A stretch of DNA of 64,000 nucleotides from Tubiluchus corallicola (lineage: Eukaryota > Animalia > Priapulida): the NCBI GenBank assembly GCA_030141605.1, contig JAQGDQ010000294.1, positions 124,001-188,000 of the forward strand, written 5' to 3'. Within the stretch, counting starts at the first letter, position 1. Every line of letters starts with the position of its first letter. The notes under the pieces are model-generated. The model made no database searches, had not been told where the DNA came from, and was given only the letters and a program-made list of their open reading frames with translations. Shown here in pieces: positions 39,319-53,003 of the stretch. Position numbers and translations under genes: made by a program.

Positions 39319-40364
39319 CTACTATAATAAACGTACACGGTAGATTATAATTATAAAAGATGAATTAGTCATTAAATAAATATTTAATATTTTATTTTTT
39401 CTCAAACCACCAAACTTATGATTTTATTATCATTTATAAATTTATTTGTGGTTAGACGTCGATGTCCCTGGCTTGCTCGTTCTTGATCGTGTGCGCATGC
39501 GTCAATTTGGCTGATAACAAAATCCAATGCGCACAAGCTCACTGTTATTGCCTTTGATCTCAACAGTCGCCGGTAAAAATTAGGTTAAATCCGAATGTAC
39601 TTTCGACAGTGCAAATAGATAACTAATCAGATATTCCTCAATGTCACTGTGTTAACGAAACGAGGCTGCAGCAGAAAACTTTAGCGTGATTTCATACAAG
39701 AGTCACGTACAGTACCTTCAGCCACCAGCGACTGTAGCGAACAGAATATACGGCAAGTATTACCAGCATAATAATTAGTACTGCAGCATTGATATTTTCA
39801 TTTGAGATCTATATCAACCAGACTTTAAAGGAAGTGTAAATTGTTTTCGTATTATTTTTGTTGCCAGATGGCAACACCATGCAGCATTCGGCTTAAAGAG
39901 CTTAGTACGTGCAAAGAAGCCAGAAAGCTCTTTCGTGCAATAAAACAGCTTAGATGTTGTAAACACTGAAAATCAAGGTAAAGTAAGCTTGCAGCAGACT
40001 GATTTGTAAACAAAACCTGGTGTGTCCTTTTGCAGCACTTATAGTGTTTTATACGCCAGTACGAAGAGTGTACATACCTTATCAAGATGAAATAGAAAAT
40101 TTTGTCACATTGTTATTTGATTTATTTCCAGTTATTCAATTACAAATTGTTATAACATTGGGTAAATGAAATAATGACCTATTTTTGTATGCTAACTCCA
40201 GCTGAACTAATAATACGTAGCAATATACTTAGACACCTGTATTCGTGCTATCAAGTATCCGAAAATAAAAAATGCAACTTCTTATTGCAGATAGTTGCAA
40301 CTTTTTTATTAACACTTATATTTCTTATAATTTTGTACAGGCAGAAACAGATTTGGTAGTCAAC

Positions 40365-40877
40365 ATGGCCGAACAAGATGCAGTATTGTCAAGATGGGTT
40401 AGTCCCATATTTTTCATTATCATACTAATCCTATTTCTATGGAAACTAGGGATGCCAGTTTTTGTTAAACTCAGAAACAAAATATACGCCTACATTATGG
40501 ACAAAATTAGCAAACCTTACAACAAAGGTTTCCTAAAGCACACAAAACAAAAGTTATTCTCGGAATTAACATCACTAGAACATCCAGATAAACATCTACT
40601 GATTCTGGAGTTAGGTGCTGGGAGTGGTGCGAATTTTGAGTTCTTTCCCCCCGACTGCATAGTAACGTGCCTCGATCCAAATCCAGAGTACCAAGAATAC
40701 TTGAGGAAAAACCACGACCTCTTTCCACATATTGCCGAAGTAGACTTTGTGGTAGGAAGTGCAGAAAACATGAACATAGAATCGGAAAGTGTGGATGCCG
40801 TTGTAGCAACATTGATGATGTGCTCCGTTAAGCACTTGGAAAAGGTACTTAGTGAAGTCAAAAGAGTGTTAAAGCCG
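40365..40877 (+). CDS. METTL7: METTL7/TMT1-like thiol methyltransferase paralogue 3, coding exon 1
   Basis: ATG in caacATGg context downstream of an acceptor at 40340. Hydrophobic anchor, ILELGAGSGANF, CLDPNP, LMMCSV, EVKRVLKP|GTAAGT donor at 40878. Confidence 0.92.
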
Positions 40878-41329
40878 GTAAGTCCATGTTTAAATGCATG
40901 TGTAAATGTTTAGTTAAAATTAACAACACATTAACTAACCTAGCCGTAATTACAAGAATGACCCAGCAAGAATTAGTCGAGTGCTAAGTTTCTCATATTA
41001 GCTAAAGATGTTTCACAAAAGCATCAGCAGACAAATAATAACTGCATGGCTACAACTTAGTGGCTGAAGTTCATGCAAAGCCAAATCTTGGACGTAAGTG
41101 GATGGATGAGAGCTACGAAAATTGCCTCAGGATGGATGAATCTATCATACTATCTATGGCTATCTGCCTTGGTCAGAAGTGCTGTACATGAATCAGTGTG
41201 GCTTAAACACCGACTCAGTATCTCGTCCCTTCTATAATTTAAGTGTTCGTGCCACCTGGTTGTTCCATAGCCATTCCAGTGTGTGCTACTAATTCACCAC
41301 GTTATTCATTTTATTCATCTTATTGGCAG

Positions 41330-41676
41330 TACAAAATAATTTAAACTTTTCCTTTAGTTAGCGAAGAGTATCCCACAAATGTTCTGATTATTTTTTCAAA
41401 GTTTACGCAATGTTGTAAATGCACAAGGTAAACTTGTTTCACACGACTTGCCGACAAAATGGCTGCACCTAAAGGCCATAGCAGGAATTTGAATTTACAA
41501 GTTTTATACATGTGTAGCATTACTGTTAATGTACATGTCTCAAAAAGGCTAATACACATGTTAGTACGCGATAATACACATGTCAATAACTTCATGTCAA
41601 AAAGGCAGCATGTAACTGATATAAAATTTCAAGACAAATTTTTAAGCTTGATTTATGAAGTGTTTTCTTGTGTTGT
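41330..41676 (+). mobile_element. Family A MITE, 5'-truncated, in the paralogue 3 intron
   Basis: Homologous to the 3' half of family A; ends TTTTCTTGTGTTG|TTAA. Confidence 0.55.
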
Positions 41677-41861
41677 TAACTGAACATTTTCAACAAAATT
41701 CTTAGAGTAATACCCATTGTTATGATTAAATTGTATTCTGTTTATTTTAGATTCATGCAAGTTGCAGCACTGCAAATAGCAGGCTTTAAAGCAAATGTGG
41801 AAAACTCATTAGCCAAGTTTTTAAGGCATGTGAATTAATCTTATTTGTCTCTGACTTGCAG

Positions 41862-42095
41862 GGTGGAAAATTTTTGTATTTGGAACATGTTGGAGATGAA
41901 ACGTGGAGCTTTGTAGCAGTATTGCAATACATTTTATATTTGCCGTGGTGGTTTTTATGTGAATGCAATCTTATACGACGGACTGGACAATATGTACGAG
42001 CAGCAGGTTTCTCCAATGTCGAGGAAAAGTCATTCAATTTGAAAACTAGAATTTTGTTCGTCAAACCACATATAGCAGGAGTAGCTACCAGATAA
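41862..42095 (+). CDS. METTL7: METTL7/TMT1-like paralogue 3, coding exon 2
   Basis: ctgacttgcAG|GGT; GGKFLYLEHV...ECNLIRRTG...VKPHIAGVATR*. Total 248 aa. Confidence 0.92.
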   Translation, partial: GGKFLYLEHVGDETWSFVAVLQYILYLPWWFLCECNLIRRTGQYVRAAGFSNVEEKSFNLKTRILFVKPHIAGVATR

Positions 42096-42119
42096 TTAAG
42101 AACTGTGAGTGAACGATTA

Positions 42120-42589
42120 CCGTATATGCTCGCATATAAGCCGAATTTAGAACCATAAAATACAATACTGAAATCAGGGGGTCGACTTATATGCGCATGA
42201 AACAAAATGAACACAAGGATAGACACTAATGCCAATTTTCCAGCCACACATTTTCATCGCTATCTGACTCTGGGTTTTCAAAAGTATGTTATTGATCAAA
42301 GAAAGGCTGGTGACAAAATATTTTCTTCTTTAATCATATCAAAATGTATAATTTCTTCTATTTCTTCTAGTATGTAACATAAAAGTAAGCATTTTACATC
42401 TTTATAGTAAAAAATTTCTATGAACCAAAAATACCCAATTAACAAAATGTGACAAAAAGGGATCAATTTTGTTGATTGGGTTTGGAGTAAAATTAGACAA
42501 GTTGATGGTCGGCTTATATACGGGTTTTTGCAAAAACTGGCCATTTTAAAGCAGTTTTAGGGGGTCGGCTTATATGCGAGTATATACGG
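42120..42589. mobile_element. Tc1/mariner (pogo/Tc2-like) MITE 25 bp after the paralogue 3 stop codon
   Basis: TA|CCGTATATGCTCGCATATAAGCCGA...TCGGCTTATATGCGAGTATATACGG|TA. Confidence 0.88.
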
Positions 42590-42703
42590 TATGTTAAATT
42601 GTTTTAAATATATATACTATTGTGTATGTAAAGTAGCAAAAAATAGTGAAATACCATCAATTACATATTCTAGTTTTTTGTTAGGACTTATATGCTTTGC
42701 ATT

Positions 42704-42866
42704 TTATAAAGTTCTAAGAAGCTGGGAAAAATGCAGTCAGCTCTCCCCAAAGTTTGAGCCCAAATATTTTACCTTCTGTTTACCTTATAAAGTTCTAAGA
42801 AGCTGGGAAAAATGCAGTCAGCTCTCCCCAAAGTTTGAGCCCAAATATTTTACCTTCTGTTTACCT
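42704..42866. repeat. 81-bp perfect tandem duplication
   Basis: TTATAAAGTTCTAAGAAGCTGGG at 42704 and 42785. Confidence 0.9.
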
Positions 42867-44183
42867 AAATAGAAATTTACCTAGCAGCTTGTACTTTTGA
42901 AAAAAAAATAACTCAAAGGAAAATGGAGTTAACAATACTGAAAGCAAGAAAAAACTGATGGTACCCAGCAAAACCAGGTTGCATAGTAGTACAATGCACA
43001 CCACTTGATGGCACAGCAAACAAACTCAAAATTCGTTTGGAAATAACAGTCGGTCTTATTTTTTCCTATTACCAGTAACATGAATCAGTATTACGGAAGA
43101 AACAACTTTCGTTAGGAACTTTTTAACATAAAGATAGTAAAAGCGTTATGAAGCATGTTGAATTTACAATCTAGCTGTCATTTTTTGTTGTGATAGCCTT
43201 TACAAACAGGAACTAGTTTTTTCTTTTTATTTATAGACATGGCATACAACATGAAAATAACTAATTATGTACACACATAGAAACACGTAATGAAACAGAC
43301 CTGTAGAAAAAACATAGGCAATAAAAATAATAAATAAAAGAAGGCTTAATAGGATACATAGATAAACTGTTCTTCATTAACAGGTTGGCGTAAGTAGGCT
43401 TGGGGATGTAACAGGTGTGTATGGTGTACACAGTAACAGTGTACATAATAGATGTCTGTCACTGGGAAATATTGTACTTTCGTATTTTTGACTGGCTTCC
43501 AATCAAACACAAACTTTGTAAAATTAATGTGAAATTTACATTTGAGATCCCAGAAATTAATTAAGTGTCAACATCCTATTTGACTTGAAGTTTTTTAGTT
43601 CAGAACTTGTACAGATATACCAAAGGAAACTTGAACCAGTCTGAAAGTGTTAAACCGTGCATAGAGAACAACACTCCAATCATTTAGACGCACAGTCATA
43701 TAGTGTTACAAATGGAATTCATCTCCCTTTAACATAGAATACTGCTGTTTTTAATTAAGCCCAGGAAAAAATTTCTTTTCCCAACAGCAAAACACTGATC
43801 ATTATATTTTTATATAAACTATTACCAGCAATAATGAATTAACTTCATATTTTAGGTTATCTGCAAAATACCTTTTCCTACTGGTGGAAACTTTGTGCTG
43901 AGCAATGAATTCCAAAGTGGCTAATAGGTGTCAGCACGTTGCAACATTGAGCAACCAGCTGACTACCAAACAGCACACTGTACAGCCACAGTTGTTTACA
44001 ATACAATTCAGTGAATCCACGTGCTCAAAATGTATTCCGCGGCGTGTAGTGATGATATTATTGACTGCTCGTTTGGTTATAATTATGCAGGCTAGCCAGT
44101 GTCATTTAATGCAATAATTTATTGTATCCAAGTGCAACAAGCATAGTGATTAACTTTAGTATCAGTGTAAGCCCACCACAAAC

Positions 44184-44696
44184 ATGTGTTTAAGTTGGAC
44201 GTGTCTTTCAGCATTCATTTTCATATTGTTAACAGTGATAGCTCTAAAAATCAACGTAATCATTGCCAGTTTTAAATCCATGTTCCATGCGAACTTGAGC
44301 AAAGAATGGATGCAGCGAAGAGCTAATAACTACAATAAAACAATGCACGATCACAAAACTTCGCTGTTTTCGGAAATCACAGTGATGGCTGGTCAGAAAG
44401 AACAGCTGGACATACTGGAGATCGGAGTGGGCACGGGTGCCAATTTCAAGTACTATCCGGAAAACAGTAATCTCGTCTGCACCGACTCAAACTCAGAATG
44501 CGAGAAATATCTGGCAGACATCAAGTACAGCTATCCGCATTTGTGTGAAGTGAAATTTATACATCAGAAAGTTGGTGATGACATTACTGGATCTTTGTCA
44601 GCAGAAAGCATGGATATAGTAGTTGGCACCCAAGTATTGTGTGGGGCCTATGATGTTGCCAAAGCTCTCAGTGCTATCAAAAGTGTACTTAGACCA
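44184..44696 (+). CDS. METTL7: METTL7/TMT1-like thiol methyltransferase paralogue 4, coding exon 1
   Basis: Hydrophobic N-terminus, ILEIGVGTGANFKYYP, CTDSN, SMDIVVGTQVLC, KSVLRP|GTAAGT donor at 44697. Confidence 0.9.
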
Positions 44697-44839
44697 GTAA
44701 GTAATGTCAAAAGAAAATTTTAAAACGTCTACAAATTGTACTTCTTAGTCACTTTCAGAAGCACTATTTGTACAGTCTACATCACGAATCATTTCTCCAG
44801 GGATTTATCCTACAGGGTCAAAGATGGATGCATGTTTAA

Positions 44840-45740
44840 AGGACAAGAAAAGGGGTACTTGGAGAAGGTTTCAGAAAAATCGCCTCAAAAATTATACTTC
44901 TTTACAGTAAATTTATGCTTGTATCGTGCTCACGTTAAAAGGAATCATTTTTGTTCTCATTTTAAATCTCATGCAATACTGTTCCGAAGTTGTCATTACG
45001 TTATGTCACCTACGCAAACGTAAATCAGAGGAAGAAAGGGCACTGTTCTGACCGCACAGTTACATGACATCACCTACGCACAACGTATATCAGAGGAAGA
45101 AAGGAAATGTTAAATTATGTCCCAAAAACCTTTCCATGAAAATCAGTACTACTTAACATTTCACTTACCTGTAATATAAGAAAATTTCACAGCAATTTTA
45201 TGTGTATATCGTACTCACGTTGAAAGGATTTCTTGTTTGTTTTCATTTTAAATCTCCCATAATACTGTTCTGACCGCACAGTTACCTGACATCACCTATG
45301 CACAACGTAGATCAGAGGAAGAAAGGAAATGTTAAACTATGTCCCAAAAAACTTTCCGTGCAAATCTATGTTACTTTGCATTTCGCTTACCTGCTGGAAA
45401 GATTTATGTAACTAGAAATGATAATTCAAAATGTTCGTGCCAATTGGAAAAATGTCGCTGGCTTACCCTCCAGGGTGCACCACTCACTAACCAAAAACGT
45501 ATTTTTAATCTTATTGACAAGATACAGCAATTTAAAATTTTACTTCGTTAGTACCATGCATATGCTACGCATGCTCTGGAAACTTCACGTATTGTTGTCC
45601 AAACTTCTTTCAAATGACCTACCGTTAAAATGGCTGCACCTAACGTCATCGCAGCAGTTTAAACTTACAAGTTTTATACAGCGTTACTGCCTATGCAAGC
45701 CCTGTAGTATGCAGTATGCAAGTGGTATAAAATTTGAAAA
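44840..45740 (+). mobile_element. Family A MITE with internal duplications, in the paralogue 4 intron
   Basis: TTAA|AGGACAAGAAAA; the internal block ...cgta(a/t/g)atcagaggaagaaagg occurs 3 times; 3' end truncated. Confidence 0.75.
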
Positions 45741-45809
45741 CATTACAGATTTAAAGAGCAAAAACATGTTAGATGGACATTATAATGCCTGCACCTCAAG
45801 AATGTGTTG

Positions 45810-46183
45810 CCCAAAAAACAGATGCTGTACTTCTCATATCAGAGTTGTTCAGTTGTGATGTAGTGCACATGTTTGAGAGCTTGTGTGAGCACAGAGGGAA
45901 ACTTAAAATTTGCGAATTTTTATATGTCACACTGAATGTTGTACAGTAGCACTCTACTTCAATTTTCAGTTTCACAAACATGTGCAATACACTCGTAGAA
46001 TGTTTGTGCTCTTGAAAATTATATTCAGTTGTGATGTCATAACTCGTTGGGCTCGCCATTAATTAATTCTTTAACCTATTATTTAATTATCAGGAATGCT
46101 TTGGCATTATTACAGCTGTTAAAATGTATATTTTTACCATACTTGAAAATAGGATAGGATATGCAAAATCATCCTGTTTTCAT
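45810..46183 (-). mobile_element. Family B MITE, decayed, in the paralogue 4 intron
   Basis: Ends ATCATCCTGTTTTCAT|TTAA; homologous body. Confidence 0.65.
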
Positions 46184-46355
46184 TTAATTGGCTTAATTAC
46201 AAACTTTGAAAATCGCTTGACACTCAGCAATCAGGAACAAAATTCTAGCTATAAATACTAGACTAGCATGCAGTACGTTACAATCAAAAAGTGTGCCTGA
46301 CTGCTGTCAAGGCCAATGTTAAAGTGAAATCATATAGAGAAGTTGGTTTTTTCAG

Positions 46356-46589
46356 GGTGGAAAATTCCTCTACATGGAGCACGTAATGGCAGAACCGTTT
46401 ACACTACTGTGGATCAGTCAACATGTCTGTGAAATATTCTGGAGATTTACTTGTCATTGTTCATTATTATCTTACACTGGAGTTGCTATACAGAACGCTT
46501 CGTTTACAAGTGTAAAACAGAAATATTTCTATGCTGACCTGAGACAACCTTTAGTCAGACCTCATATAATGGGTGTTGCCATAAAATAG
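46356..46589 (+). CDS. METTL7: METTL7/TMT1-like paralogue 4, coding exon 2
   Basis: ttttttcAG|GGT; GGKFLYMEHV...CHCSLL...LVRPHIMGVAIK*. Total 248 aa. Confidence 0.9.
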   Translation, partial: GGKFLYMEHVMAEPFTLLWISQHVCEIFWRFTCHCSLLSYTGVAIQNASFTSVKQKYFYADLRQPLVRPHIMGVAIK

Positions 46590-48340
46590 TGGAAAGTCAT
46601 AAATATCATTTTGATAAGATTGTCCGTCAACTGAACACTTCCATCTGCAGTCGCAGAAACCCCGGCAGTCTTGAAAATGCTAGCATCAAGCAGATTCGAG
46701 GAAATCAAAATGACCATCTACACGGCCATTGTAAAAATAAAACATTTGGCACATACAGCCAGTGCGAAGTCTGGCTTGTCAATACTGCAATGTGCTCGTG
46801 CAACAGACAGTTCAACTTCCTACTAGGTTGGAATTTCAAATTAATTAGTTAAGAAACTTGGGCTTAGTCTTAAGCCAGGCTACATTGCAATCTGTATCTT
46901 AATTATAAACCAGACTTTCAATATCAACACTTGCCCGTAACCTTACATATATATATATATATAAATATGTATAAATATACATATATATTTAAAGACTACA
47001 GTTAACTTTCACATGCATTTAAATTATTTCTAAAACAGATTTTAAACTAATTAGGTTTGACGGTTGACTAATAGGACTTAATAGCGCTAATTAGAATTAA
47101 CAGATTATTTTTGGTTCACATCAACAAAGGTGGTGTTTGAAAGCTCAGGAAGATAAAAACAATTTATGTATTAATTCCATTTTCGTGCAAATGACCAGGG
47201 AATGTGTATGTCTACCGTAAGTTTACAGTAGCTAATATTGTTCTACTGGATAGTAGTGCAGAAGACAGGAATTATGCTAATAAGACCAGAAAATGACACA
47301 AATTCTCACATCCCCTGCTTCAGTAACACAACTGTGGGTTTAAGCAATTTTATCAAACTTGAAAAATCTGAAATTTAACAAAATTATTGACAACAGGATT
47401 TTTTGAGCTCGAGAAATAGAAAATTAACAACTCACCCCCTGTGAGTCAGTCATGTCGAATTTGTGGTGGGTTCACTCGTTTGTCAGTTGTAAAGCAGTTA
47501 GCACAATTTGCAGCATCCAATGCGAAATTCTACATTAAAATAAGCAAAATTATCTATTTTAATAGACTGATTGATCTACAGAGTTGCAAGCACTTATGCA
47601 CTTAAGCATATCTACTATACTCTACGAATACGAATATGGTGACATTGTGTTACTTTGCTTTGACATTTTATTTGCGATGGAGCAGGCTTGCAAAAACAAT
47701 AACAACCAAAACAATAATTGTCTATACATTGCAATATGTTATTGACTGAAGAAAAGACATTGCAATAATGTATTGTGAGTGTGCACAATGTTCATCGAGC
47801 TAAAATCGCTAATAACTGTACATTTAATGTAAGTTAATTACTTCAGTGATCAGCAAAAATTAATAATCAAAAATCAAACATCAAAAATTAACAATAACCA
47901 ATGCTACTTAGTGTTACATAGTTTTATTTGGTGATTCTGTGTATTTATAAATAAAGTTACAAAATGTCACATTTTCATCTCACATTATTGTGTATGGTGC
48001 AGCAGAGTTGAGAGAAAACATCTTGATAAAAAAACAAACATCAAAGATGGAATATATTTAAAAAGCACATGCACAGGCCTTACAGTGTGCAAAAGACTTA
48101 CAACAATAACTATCGCACACAGCCGCTATATTGCATGACATTACATTGCTATTATTGCAATAATTGGTGGCCCAAAAATAATTTACTACAATTGATAGTA
48201 TCTAACTTTCACGAACAATATTGTCAACACAATATTCCAAGCCTGAATACGAGGTCCACAGGCTACAATGAATAGGCCTATACAATCAAAACTTGGAAAA
48301 AGATTCAACTCAGCAAAAACTAGGTCGTTTTTGAAGACCT

Positions 48341-48446
48341 GGGTCCATGTTTCACAAAGCTGTCAACGTCGTTATTAATTGAACAATTGTTAAGTGAACG
48401 TAATAACGACGTTGTTAAGTTAGTGACGGCTTTGAGAAACTGGGCC
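48341..48446. mobile_element. Small hairpin MITE
   Basis: GTTTCACAAAGCTGTCA / TGACGGCTTTGAGAAAC inverted arms. Confidence 0.5.
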
Positions 48447-49046
48447 TTGGTATGGAAGGATTGAGTTTTTTATATCTACAACAGTAAAGGCCATTTACTA
48501 ATCTGGTCCAACATTTGCAAGTTTACATCCAATTACTCCGGTTAACGGTAAACTTTTACTTTTACTCAGTATTTAATGACTTAATGTGTTACAAATTATG
48601 AAGTTATGAAACATTATTTACCTACATGTATGCTAAAAATGTAAATCAGGCACTCGTGAGTAAAAATAAATGGCGAACATGTTTTAAAAAGTTAATCAGT
48701 CACGAACTAGGAGTCGGGCTCTAAAACTTTGCGTGTGTTCATCACAGGTGCTGAAATATTTTTGAATATATTTTCAAGCAAATCTGAGATGGTCAGCTGA
48801 AAACCACCTGGCGATTTGATGCACATGGCTTCATAATGACTAACAGACAACGTGAATTTATATTATCAATTTAGTATGAAATTTTAGCATGATTATGTGA
48901 AACTGAGGACTCAGTACTCAATCTGGTCAACGATAGCACGATTACAATACAGTAAAGCTATATACTTAAACAGGCAGACAGACCACAACTCCTGCATTGC
49001 ACATCAGATTCAAGCATTTTAGCCAACAAGCCTTTTCATAGTTTCA

Positions 49047-49400
49047 TTCGAGATGGTCGTGAAAAGGTCAAAATTAAGTGTACCAGACAACGCATTTGTG
49101 TACACTTGATAATGCCTCGCAGCCCAACCTGTTGTAATAGTAAGAGTTTTAACATGTTTTGACAGCTAGCTGGAACGTTACTTATTTCATTTTTTTTGTT
49201 TCCAAGCAAGATCCTGCTAGTAAATCCCTCTATACACAGACTACTGCATAATTAAGCAAAGTTCACGTAAAGAAACTGAAGTTACTGCACCGATGTGGGC
49301 AGATGGCTTTGCTTTACCCATACGTCATGCAATGACTGTAGCTAAGATGCGTTGCTGTGGCACACTTAACCTTTGACCCACAGCAACTGCGTGTATGCAC
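49047..49400 (-). mobile_element. Dispersed TIR repeat, family C
   Basis: Reverse complement of 7955-8290. Confidence 0.7.
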
Positions 49401-52400
49401 AACAAAACTTAAAAAGGCTTATTACATGCGCAAATCTGGAAATCGAGCATTTGTGCATTTTATCTCCTTAAAGTTTATTGGTAAAAGATTTGACATTTTC
49501 CCAAATGTTGCCCGTTGTTTTCCGAGAAGTGTAACGGTGAAACAGAACAGCCATTTCAGAACTGAATAATTCGCTGCAGCTAGACATTAAGTTTTGGTCG
49601 AAACGTCCACAGAACACATATTCATATCCACAGCCCTTAAAGTTAACTTTAATACAGCCACAACGGCACTTTTCTTTATTGAGGGTTTGACCTGAAAGCT
49701 TTTCAGAAACTGAAGAATGTCTAAAATACCCAAGTTTTTATCCAAAAACATATAATTTTTAGTCCAATTTAATCCATAAATTTCCATTTCCATGTACTCA
49801 ATATTGGATGAAGCCAGAAATCAATGTAACAGCTTCACGTACCTAAAACGTCCAGACACGGGCTGTGCTATCAGCTTTACAACGGGGGTGGGCTGATTGC
49901 GAGTTTAAAAATACATAAATAAATAAGTGAATGAATAGATAAGTGCATGGATGAATAAATGAACGAGTGAATGAATGGATGAATGAATGAATGAATGAAC
50001 GAGCGAACGAACTAGTCGTTTATGTGATTTATCTTAATTTATATATTGCTGCTGCATGATAAGTGTATAGGTCACAAGGTTCACAATCTTTCATTAACAA
50101 TAAGATCTTAATAGGCCCAATAACTATTTTGTAAAAATAATTTTTATCAATTTTATGATATAATAACTATGCTACAAACTGGTGTAACCTCTTGAAATAA
50201 TGAAGACGACATAGAAGTGTTTTTGGTTTGGTAAGTATACTATGCACTTCAATATTCATTTTTGAGTACTCATTATACACTGGTAACAAAATTTGAATCA
50301 CGAAACTATGTGCTATTTAATACACACTTCAGGGGCCAATACTATATGATAAACACTAGTTTGAGACTAGTAGGAAATGTTAAAACTAGTGTTAGTTAAT
50401 GTTCACGCACAGTTTGGCAGATAAGACGAACAAAAAACATAAACAACTTGCCATTAGCTGAAAACTTGTTATTATGCACATTGCACAAGTGGGTCATTTG
50501 TACGTACAAAAAGCGGAGACTGCCTGCAGATCAAGAAGCTTCTTGGTAAGAGCAAAGATTCAGTATTAAATGTGGGAAAATCACGATCAATGCTTTGAAA
50601 TCAATGCATGAAATTTTAAAGATGTACATAATTACACCGTGGGTATATTTGCCCTAAAATTATGACTACGTAGATGAAAATTGCTAGTTTTAAAATAATT
50701 CATAATTTTAGTTTATTACAAATTTTATGCTGCGGGAACTTATTTGCTAAAACTTACAGAAAGCATGTAAAACAGGCCAAATGAAAAGTATAAAAATAAA
50801 ATCTTGCCAGATGCAGGATCCCACTTAAGAAAGTAGATGGTCTAAGATAGAACCAGTTATGAAATTTAGTTTGCCTCAACTTATGTAATTACTAGCATTG
50901 TTATACTGTACATCACAGCGATATCTCAAAATCAGTGAGTTTGAATAACTAATATTAATTTAAATCTATTTATTTTAAATTAACACGCTTATATTTACTT
51001 AATATGAGAGACTGCTCTAATTTCGTTTTCAATTACACTCACCTCGCACTACTCAAATTATTTTATTTAAAGTTTATTAATGTGTTTGATATTGTACTTT
51101 TTGATGTGTGAAATAAAATTCATAGTTCATACTCATAGTTCAATTAAAGTCTTATAGTTATAAAACTTTTAACTGCATAAAATACAATGCTTTACAGAGC
51201 TCTGTCACAAATACGCGAGAAACGCTACGTACGGCGTCCCACATGGCACATACCTCAGCTGCAGTACTACCATAGACATATCCCATAATACGCATTATAA
51301 TACCGAGAAGCCTCAATCATTTTGTCAATAATCCCTTTGTTAGTTTCGTAAAAATTTGGTAATCACTACTATTCGCAATACGTACCTATAATAGCTTCGG
51401 CTAAATTTACTTTCCAACCATAACTTCTATTTTGCCTTAAAACACGAGCAATTGTTCACTTTTTGCGAATATATTGATGAACTTCGCGCCATTTGTTTGA
51501 CATCTCGCGAAAATCACAACGCACCGCTGCGAGCGCGATTTTTCGAACGACACATCGACGGCGCGGTATATCCTAGTCTTACAAGTCTTGGACGACAAGC
51601 CTTAAACGGAAATGGTGCTGACAAGCCACTGGCATTATAGTGCCTAATTTTTTGTTAGATTAATTGCTACCTTTACTTGTCTTGAAAGCAATAAAGGTTT
51701 GCACCAATACTTTTACTGCAAGTCACAATAATCTATTTGAATTTTTTGTCATTACGATGGTAACTACCAAACCATACAGCAGCGTTTTACTACTTCTTTG
51801 GATTTTTTAAAACTCATTATAATAATTACAGATATTAATACTTATTTTGCTAGCTCAAACCTAATAAAAAAGCCTACTAACAACTTAGCTCTTTCACGAT
51901 TTTTTTGCAAATTTTACTTCTGCACAAATCTCCATGACTTCTTACCTAACTGCAGTTATGTGTATGTATAGTAAATGTTTGCTGTGACCATAATTACCAC
52001 AAAAAAAAGTTGGACTAGAACTATAAAATTATAAAACTTTTTATTACACAGGAGTTGAGTGGTACATGCATGGACTGCATAAGTGCTGTAAGATCTGTAT
52101 TTCAGGAAGAGGTAGCCTAGAAGGTTTTTGTTCAATGTTATAGATTCACAGAACATTTTTAATAATTGGACATTGCATTGCAAATGCAGAAAATAATAAC
52201 AATACATTTTATCTGCAGCAAAAGCTACTGCAGAAAGAAGGACTATACAGCCAATGTCAGCAGGATCTAGACTAATCAAACATAAAAAATGTAACAGTTT
52301 TCTAATCTCACAGCAAAAAAGGAGATAACAAATGAAAATCATTTGCTGGAAACTAGATTTTTTCGCCTGGAAGCAAGAAAAGGCACTTGTTTAGATAGAA

Positions 52401-53003
52401 AGCAACATCTCAAATCCTCTAAGAAAAAAGTGAAATTAGTGCTAAAAATCACAAATTCCATCCAACAGATATGTCATAATATGGCTTTGCAAAGAAAATT
52501 GGTATCAGACTAGCAGACCTAAGACAATGGTGCTAAAAGTGCATCTCTATTAACAATGTGCAGAAAAGAGCTGCTCTTCTAGAAATAAAATTTTGGTAAA
52601 ACTTCTACCAATATGAGGTAAAAAGATACAGTCAATGAAAAAAAACATCCACAATCAGCATGGTGACAGAAATCACCCAGAGCAAGTATGGAACTCTGTT
52701 GTCTTCAATCCACTCACTGGCCAGACACCATTGCCAATCTTCGCCATCAAACAAACAAATTTCTGAGGAATATTCGGTCGCATCCAATTAGCTCAAACTG
52801 TACAGACATGTTCTTCTGCATCTTCACTCTGGGGGTACCAGCATCCATTTGGTAAGTAAGAGAGCATTTCCAAGACCAACCTGTAAATCACACTACTTCC
52901 TACATGCCCATATCAATAACTGGCACATTTCCTTCTCAAGACAGAAGAACTTCATCAATAATTTGGTAATCCACCTAAAGAGATCGGTCATCGATTCAAA
53001 TGA

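Noticed and set aside
40272-40364. N-terminal extension of METTL7 paralogue 3 in the ORF track
   Set aside because: Runs through a polypyrimidine tract and acceptor at 40340; the ATG at 40365 matches the length of the other paralogues.
28173-42247. Antisense ORFs over METTL7 exons (28173, 35132, 40517, 41786)
   Set aside because: Shadow frames of the real coding exons.
49590-49615. GTCGAAACGTC as a hammerhead half
   Set aside because: No properly placed CTGANGA box or stem I upstream.
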